A stretch of DNA of 64,000 nucleotides from an uncultured Poribacteria bacterium. Lineage in GTDB: Bacteria; Poribacteria; WGA-4E; WGA-3G. Location: positions 4,448,001 through 4,512,000 of the forward strand of contig CATQHZ020000001.1 in NCBI GenBank assembly GCA_958296135.2, in the 5' to 3' direction. Every line of letters starts with the position of its first letter. Within the stretch, counting starts at the first letter, position 1. Below the pieces are notes generated by a model. It searched no databases. It was not told where the DNA came from and was given only the letters and a program-made list of their open reading frames with translations. Below, piece by piece: positions 59,029 to 64,000 of this stretch. The translations under genes and the position numbers were made by a program.

Positions 59029-59763
59029 ATGAAAATCGTAGCCAGAACAGACATAGGCAAACTTCGCGACCGGAACGAAGACTCCTACTATTTTGACGCG
59101 CCGCTCCAACTTTTCGCCATCGCCGATGGCATGAGCGGGCACGAAAGAGGCGACATGGCGAGTCGTCTCGCGATGAGCGTTATTGAGGAGTGGCTCGCGG
59201 CCAAAGCGCACGCCTATAGCGATTTGGGGCACATCCACAAACTTGAAATCCTGAGCGAACTCGCCACGCAAGCGAACCAACGTGTCTATACTACCGCGCA
59301 GCACCAGGCGCAGCAACGCGGCATGGGCACAACGCTCGTCGCCGGCTTTGCTACCGCCAGTTATCTGGCATACGTCTACGTCGGAGATAGCCGGCTCTAC
59401 GTGTTACACGATGAGACGCTCACACAAATAACGACAGACGATACACTCGTGCAAAAAATGGTGGACGAGGGAAAAATCACGCCCGAAGAAAGCCGGGTAC
59501 ATGCGAAACGGAATATCCTTATGCAAGCAATCGGCTTGGCCCCCACCGTCACCGTCCATGCCGATGTGCATCCGCTCACCCCTGGCGACATCATCCTCGC
59601 ATGCACGGATGGCCTGCATGACCTGGTTATCGATGACAAGGAAATCGCGGACACGCTGCTCTCGGCACCGAATATTGAGGCGGCATGCGAAAACCTTGTC
59701 CAGAAGGCACTTGATTACGGCGGCATAGATAACGTTACGGTGCTCCTCGCGACGGTGGAGTAA
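59029..59763 (+). CDS. PP2C-family Ser/Thr protein phosphatase
   Basis: RDRNED, ADGMSGH, MGTT, VGDSR, CTDGL, GGIDNVT. Confidence 0.92.
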   Translation: MKIVARTDIGKLRDRNEDSYYFDAPLQLFAIADGMSGHERGDMASRLAMSVIEEWLAAKAHAYSDLGHIHKLEILSELATQANQRVYTTAQHQAQQRGMGTTLVAGFATASYLAYVYVGDSRLYVLHDETLTQITTDDTLVQKMVDEGKITPEESRVHAKRNILMQAIGLAPTVTVHADVHPLTPGDIILACTDGLHDLVIDDKEIADTLLSAPNIEAACENLVQKALDYGGIDNVTVLLATVE

Positions 59764-59845
59764 TCTTACGCAACCCGCGTAGGCGCGGGGTTTCAAACCG
59801 CGCCTACGGGAGCCAGGGAATCGCGCTCAGGAGCTCGCCCATCCC

Positions 59846-60274
59846 TTAGTCCGCCTGCAGTCCCAAGAGCAGCGCGTCTTCATCGTATTCGTCGGATTCG
59901 GGGAGCGGTGGTTTTTCCAACACCGGTAACTCAATCCGGCCTGCCTCTGCCCACAACCGCTCCAGGTTATAGTAGTCACGTCTTTCTGCGAGAAAGATAT
60001 GCACGACAAAATCGACGTAGTCTAACAAGAGCCAGTCTGCCTTGCGTGCGCCCTCCCGATGCCAGGGCCGTTGTTCCCAGTTCTGTTCCAGTTCCTCGAT
60101 GACAGCTTCCGAGATACCTTCAACTTGGATGTCGGAGGCACCGCTGAAGATTGCGAAGTAGTCCGTGAAGCCGTCAAGTTCGCGCAAATCGAGGATAACG
60201 CCGTTTTGCGCGCGCCTTCCCATTGCTGCGGCCGCCGCCGCTTTCACCATGGCTAATGTGTTATTTTCTCTCAT
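59846..60274 (-). CDS. rsfS: Ribosome silencing factor
   Basis: TDYFAI, WLLLDYVDFVVHIF...RDYYNLERLW. Confidence 0.92.
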   Translation of the reverse strand: MRENNTLAMVKAAAAAAMGRRAQNGVILDLRELDGFTDYFAIFSGASDIQVEGISEAVIEELEQNWEQRPWHREGARKADWLLLDYVDFVVHIFLAERRDYYNLERLWAEAGRIELPVLEKPPLPESDEYDEDALLLGLQAD

Positions 60275-60360
60275 TTATCATGCCTCCCTGTTTCTCTGCC
60301 GGTAGCCGCGCCCTGATGGCGCGTCCAATGCCTGCACGGTGCAAACCGTACCTACGGCGT

Positions 60361-60978
60361 TTATTCTGCGTCCGCGAAGGTGTGATTATAGGTATGCAGT
60401 GTATCCGGATGAATCATCACCCGTTTCTCAAGGAGATGCTGGATCTTATAGCGTGCTACGTGATGCACGGCGTGCGGCAGATGCGTGTAAGCTAACGCCC
60501 GAACCACGTCAACTCCTTCGTGTGTGCGCGTCGGCTCCGCAAAATCAGCGACGTAAAGCACCCGCGCGATTGTGCCCATCAACGGGCTACCTGTGGTATG
60601 GCACCGGATCGCTTCAAGCACCTCCAGGTCTGCCACAGCGAACTGCTCCTCAGCAAGTTTCACGCCGATGAGAGCGTGTAAGAGCGCGGGGGTGCGCTGC
60701 TCCACCGGGTCGAGTTGGAGTTCATAGCGTGCAGCGGCACTGAACAATTCTTCCCGGTTCATCCACTTCGCGCAATCGTGCAGCAGCGCGGCGAGGCTGG
60801 TTTTCCAGATATCGACGCCATGGCACCGCGCGAGCTCAATCGCCATCTCCTGCACAGAGAGGACGTGATGGTAACGCTTCGCTGTCAGTTTCACCGAGAG
60901 ATACGCCTGTATCTCAACGGATTTCGGGTGTGCCCGGAGCACTGTTTTTGAACAAAGTGGCAGTTTATTCGGTGCCAT
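60361..60978 (-). CDS. yqeK: Bis(5'-nucleosyl)-tetraphosphatase (HD domain)
   Basis: RYHH, AALLHDCAK, LLHA, AIRCHTTG, YVADFAEPTR; nadD-rsfS context. Confidence 0.9.
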   Translation of the reverse strand: MAPNKLPLCSKTVLRAHPKSVEIQAYLSVKLTAKRYHHVLSVQEMAIELARCHGVDIWKTSLAALLHDCAKWMNREELFSAAARYELQLDPVEQRTPALLHALIGVKLAEEQFAVADLEVLEAIRCHTTGSPLMGTIARVLYVADFAEPTRTHEGVDVVRALAYTHLPHAVHHVARYKIQHLLEKRVMIHPDTLHTYNHTFADAE

Positions 60979-61198
60979 CGTCAACGTTGATTCCCAATTC
61001 GGTCAGAATTTCGTGTTCTGTTTCAGACGTTATCGGAACAGGCAAGGGGGTGCTGATGGCGTATTCTTCGTTGAGCCATTTGCCCAGGTCTATCGCCTTG
61101 CACCGCGCGCTGCAGAAAGGGAAGTTTTTTGGCAAGGGTGTGCCTGCTTCCCAGACGAATTCGTAAACCGTTCCGCACATGCTACAAGTATGTTGCAT
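60965..61198 (-). CDS. yacG: DNA gyrase inhibitor YacG
   Basis: CSMC...FPFCSARCKAIDLGKW..EEYAI. Confidence 0.88.
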   Translation of the reverse strand: MQHTCSMCGTVYEFVWEAGTPLPKNFPFCSARCKAIDLGKWLNEEYAISTPLPVPITSETEHEILTELGINVDDGTE

Positions 61199-61350
61199 CT
61201 CTTTTTATCCTCAATCTTACCGAAAACGTTTTTGATGAAACCGCGGCACGGCGAGGGCCAAAAACGAAGGAAAGTCCCTCGCCCTACGGGTTAAAGGTAC
61301 CCCCCGCGGTACAGCAAGGAACAGGCCCTCACCAGCCGATGACGCGGGAG

Positions 61351-61944
61351 TTACCGATACAGTCGATGCTGATGGATATATTCCCGGACAGGTGCGGGGA
61401 CGAGGTATCGGATTGAACGTCCCTGCGCGATGCGTTCCCGAATCTCTGTCGCCGATATATCCACACCCGTTATCCGAAAGGTGGTAACGCGATTCCGCAC
61501 TGTGGGTGGCACGCGCGTCAGTTCATAATTCGGGCGCGTCGTCGCTATCATCATGCACCGGGCTAAGACTTCATCAAAATCCTTCCAGATTTGATATTCA
61601 ATGAGTGAATCCGCGCCGATAATCCAACCGATGTTGGCTGTGTCGCCGTAGAAGGTTTGCAAATCCTTCAATGTCTGGATGGTATATGAAGGCCCGGCGC
61701 GCTCTAACTCCATCCGTGACACCTCAAAGCGCGGGTTTTCAGCCGTGGCTAAGCACACCATCTGATAGCGGTGTTCTGGTGAGACGATGTCGGTTGCGTA
61801 TTTATGCGGCGGGCGCGCTGAGGGCATAAACAGGATTTTATCGTAGCCTAAACCCTCCCGCACCTGTTCCGCACTGAGCAGATGCGCGTAATGAATCGGG
61901 TTGAATGTGCCGCCCATGATGGCGATTTTCTCTCGGGTCTTCAT
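61351..61944 (-). CDS. nadD: Nicotinate-nucleotide adenylyltransferase
   Basis: GGTFNPIHYAH, PPHK, SYTI, IIGAD, ISATEIR. Confidence 0.95.
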   Translation of the reverse strand: MKTREKIAIMGGTFNPIHYAHLLSAEQVREGLGYDKILFMPSARPPHKYATDIVSPEHRYQMVCLATAENPRFEVSRMELERAGPSYTIQTLKDLQTFYGDTANIGWIIGADSLIEYQIWKDFDEVLARCMMIATTRPNYELTRVPPTVRNRVTTFRITGVDISATEIRERIAQGRSIRYLVPAPVREYIHQHRLYR

Positions 61945-62091
61945 ACCGCGTCCGCGCCTTGATAGTAAAGTATACAACTTTTTAGAAGAAAAATCAATGA
62001 AAAAACGCCGCGCTACCGTAGGGTGAGGGCCCATCCCGCAATAGGAAGGAACGCGAGGGACAGGCCCTCGCGCTACGAACCAAAAAGGTTT

Positions 62092-63177
62092 CTATCTTTC
62101 GCCGAGTGTTACCGCGTGCATCTGCACCCGTCCCTCCCGGTAGATTTTTAGGCGGACCTGCGTATTTGGCGAGGTGCTCATGACACACTGCAGCAGCTGC
62201 GGGTAATCTTCCACACGATGATTGTTGAACTCAAGGATAACGTCCTTGGGTAAAAGGCCGCTTTTGTGCGCCGGACCATCTTCAGTAACACGCGTGATGA
62301 AGACACCGGATTCGCCCACCTCAATCTGGACACCGAGCCAGCCGCGCGCGACCTTCCCGTGCGCGATGATTTCGTTCGCAAGCGCCGTGACTGTTTCGAT
62401 CGGAATAGCGAAAGTCACCCACCCTTGCGATACCGGTTGGACGTGAAATTTCGTGATGTGACTTCCTTCAACAACCGTCGGGAAACTCGGTGAGGATTCT
62501 GTCAGCACAGCAAGAATCATTCCGACAACTTCGCCTGCGGTATTGACTACCGCGCCGCCGCTGTTGCCGGGCGTGACAGGGGCGTTGATTTTGATGACTT
62601 CGGCGCAGGGGTGCTTAGGCAAGATGTCCCACCCACCGACGACACCGAACGAGATAATCGGGCTAGCACCGTAAGAGTTGCCCACCGTGACAACCCAAGA
62701 GCCGCTATCAATGTTGGAGGAATTGCCGGGGCGCATGTGGGGGCGCGAGCGGCCAGCGCCAGTGTTGACACGCAGCACGGCAATATCCATCATGATATCC
62801 TCGCCGAGCAGTTTGGCATCGGCACTGCTGCCATCGTGAAAGACGACTTCTACCTTGTGGACATCCGCGTCAAACGTCGTTGTGACAACGTGCCCGGCGG
62901 TGTCGATGACAATCCCGGAGCCGATGCTTTGCCGCGTCAGCACCGGTTTTTTCTGTGCATCCGGCGGGAATTGCGGCAATTCAATCTGATGTGTTGCCAC
63001 CACTTTGACAACCGCTGGGCGCGCAGACGCGACTACCTTCTGAAATTCTTCTTCAATCTGTTGTAGCATGTTACCCTGCGCAACACCTGGTGCAACGGCG
63101 TAAAAGAGCAGGCAGAGCAGTGCCAGCATCAGTAGCACAAGTGCTGGGTTGGTTAGATTCAAATTGTCAGGACGCAT
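62092..63177 (-). CDS. HtrA/DegQ-like trypsin-fold protein with PDZ domain
   Basis: GSGIVI, DIAVL, PGNSGG, RGWLGV PDZ; the expected catalytic His position reads TTTF. Confidence 0.85.
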   Translation of the reverse strand: MRPDNLNLTNPALVLLMLALLCLLFYAVAPGVAQGNMLQQIEEEFQKVVASARPAVVKVVATHQIELPQFPPDAQKKPVLTRQSIGSGIVIDTAGHVVTTTFDADVHKVEVVFHDGSSADAKLLGEDIMMDIAVLRVNTGAGRSRPHMRPGNSSNIDSGSWVVTVGNSYGASPIISFGVVGGWDILPKHPCAEVIKINAPVTPGNSGGAVVNTAGEVVGMILAVLTESSPSFPTVVEGSHITKFHVQPVSQGWVTFAIPIETVTALANEIIAHGKVARGWLGVQIEVGESGVFITRVTEDGPAHKSGLLPKDVILEFNNHRVEDYPQLLQCVMSTSPNTQVRLKIYREGRVQMHAVTLGER

Positions 63178-63312
63178 GTGTTTATCCTCTGTGGCGCGGA
63201 TGAATTAAGTGAAAAGGCGTGCTTTCCGAAAATTATCCGATGTCATTCTGACACTTCATCAGCGGCACGGTGAGGGCGTATTGCCCTCGCCGAACGGTAA
63301 TAAAACTGGTGA

Positions 63313-63870
63313 CTACAGCCCTCCTTGTGTCGGAACGTTGGTGTAACTCACCTGCTTTAAGACGTAATGCTGCATCGGTTGCGATGAGATGCTGGTTCCG
63401 GCGAAGCCGGGAGGCACTGCCGGCCCGCGGGTGCGCGTCTCGCTGCGCGCTGGCGTGGCGCGTTCGGCAGGCAATTGCCGCGGCTGTTCCACGGTAGGTA
63501 TCGCGCGGCCTGGGTTCCGCTCAAACAGAGCACCCTGGTAAACGACGTAGGTAGTCGTCGTAGCGAAAACCAACAACAGCGCGCCGTATGCCCACCGTGG
63601 TAACGTGAACCCGTAGACAAGACGTTTCCAAAAGGGGACTGTGATGCGCGGCTCTTCGGCGAGCCGTTGGTGTAACGTCGCCATAAAGTGGGGCGAAGGC
63701 GCAACTTGCGGTAACGCCTCCACTTCGGTAATAGTTTGCGCGAACAGAACGTAGTCGCGCTGACATTCCCCGCATGCCTCGATATGCGCCTCAAAACTTC
63801 TTAAGGTTCGATAATCGATTTCGTCTTCAAGATGGGCGGAGAAGTGTTGCTCAGCCTGTAAGCAGTTCAT
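63313..63870 (-). CDS. Zinc-binding anti-sigma factor (zf-HC2)
   Basis: MNC...HIEACGEC motif and one transmembrane helix. Confidence 0.85.
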   Translation of the reverse strand: MNCLQAEQHFSAHLEDEIDYRTLRSFEAHIEACGECQRDYVLFAQTITEVEALPQVAPSPHFMATLHQRLAEEPRITVPFWKRLVYGFTLPRWAYGALLLVFATTTTYVVYQGALFERNPGRAIPTVEQPRQLPAERATPARSETRTRGPAVPPGFAGTSISSQPMQHYVLKQVSYTNVPTQGGL

Positions 63871-64000
63871 AATCTCTCCATGAAAGGTTTTAACTTATCC
63901 TTCAGCATGAGTCGAGCTCGGTTGATTCGAGATTTTGTCGTGCCGGGGCGGATTTCAAGCACCTCGCTGATTTCCTCGTAACTGAGGCCTTGAATATCGC
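63867..64000 (-). CDS. ECF sigma factor, 3' end only
   Basis: Manual translation DIQGLSYEEISEVLEIRPGTTKSRINRARLML (region 4); stop overlaps the anti-sigma ATG. Confidence 0.85.
   Translation of the reverse strand, partial: DIQGLSYEEISEVLEIRPGTTKSRINRARLMLKDKLKPFMERL

Overview
A 64-kb bacterial chromosomal window. Its gene content (four phytanoyl-CoA dioxygenase-like genes, Gfo/Idh/MocA oxidoreductases, a sulfatase-like enzyme, LamG proteins ending in a KLTTTWGxVK tail, TPR and ASPIC/UnbV proteins) is typical of Candidatus Poribacteria; this assignment is inferred, not searched. Housekeeping genes include ilvB-ilvN-ilvC under a Val-specific T-box, sodA, an AddB-like nuclease, metG, rnhC, thiI, nadD-yacG-yqeK-rsfS and an ECF sigma/anti-sigma/HtrA cluster. 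Accessory content: (i) a tandemly duplicated restriction-modification locus with a half-HsdS fusion, a HEPN-like DUF4145 gene and a duplicated promoter; (ii) a two-gene GNAT-PIN-ASCH-like + ASCH module downstream of thiI; (iii) a ~1380-aa secreted lamin-tail/Ig-like protein gene frameshifted at a G9 tract and flanked by ~0.9-kb arrays of GTAG-type palindromic repeats. These REP-like repeats also sit in-frame inside proteins and in T-box stem III. They are themselves the target of a ~50-bp palindromic mini-element, for which both empty and filled sites are visible. No CRISPR, rRNA, tRNA or transposase gene was recognised.
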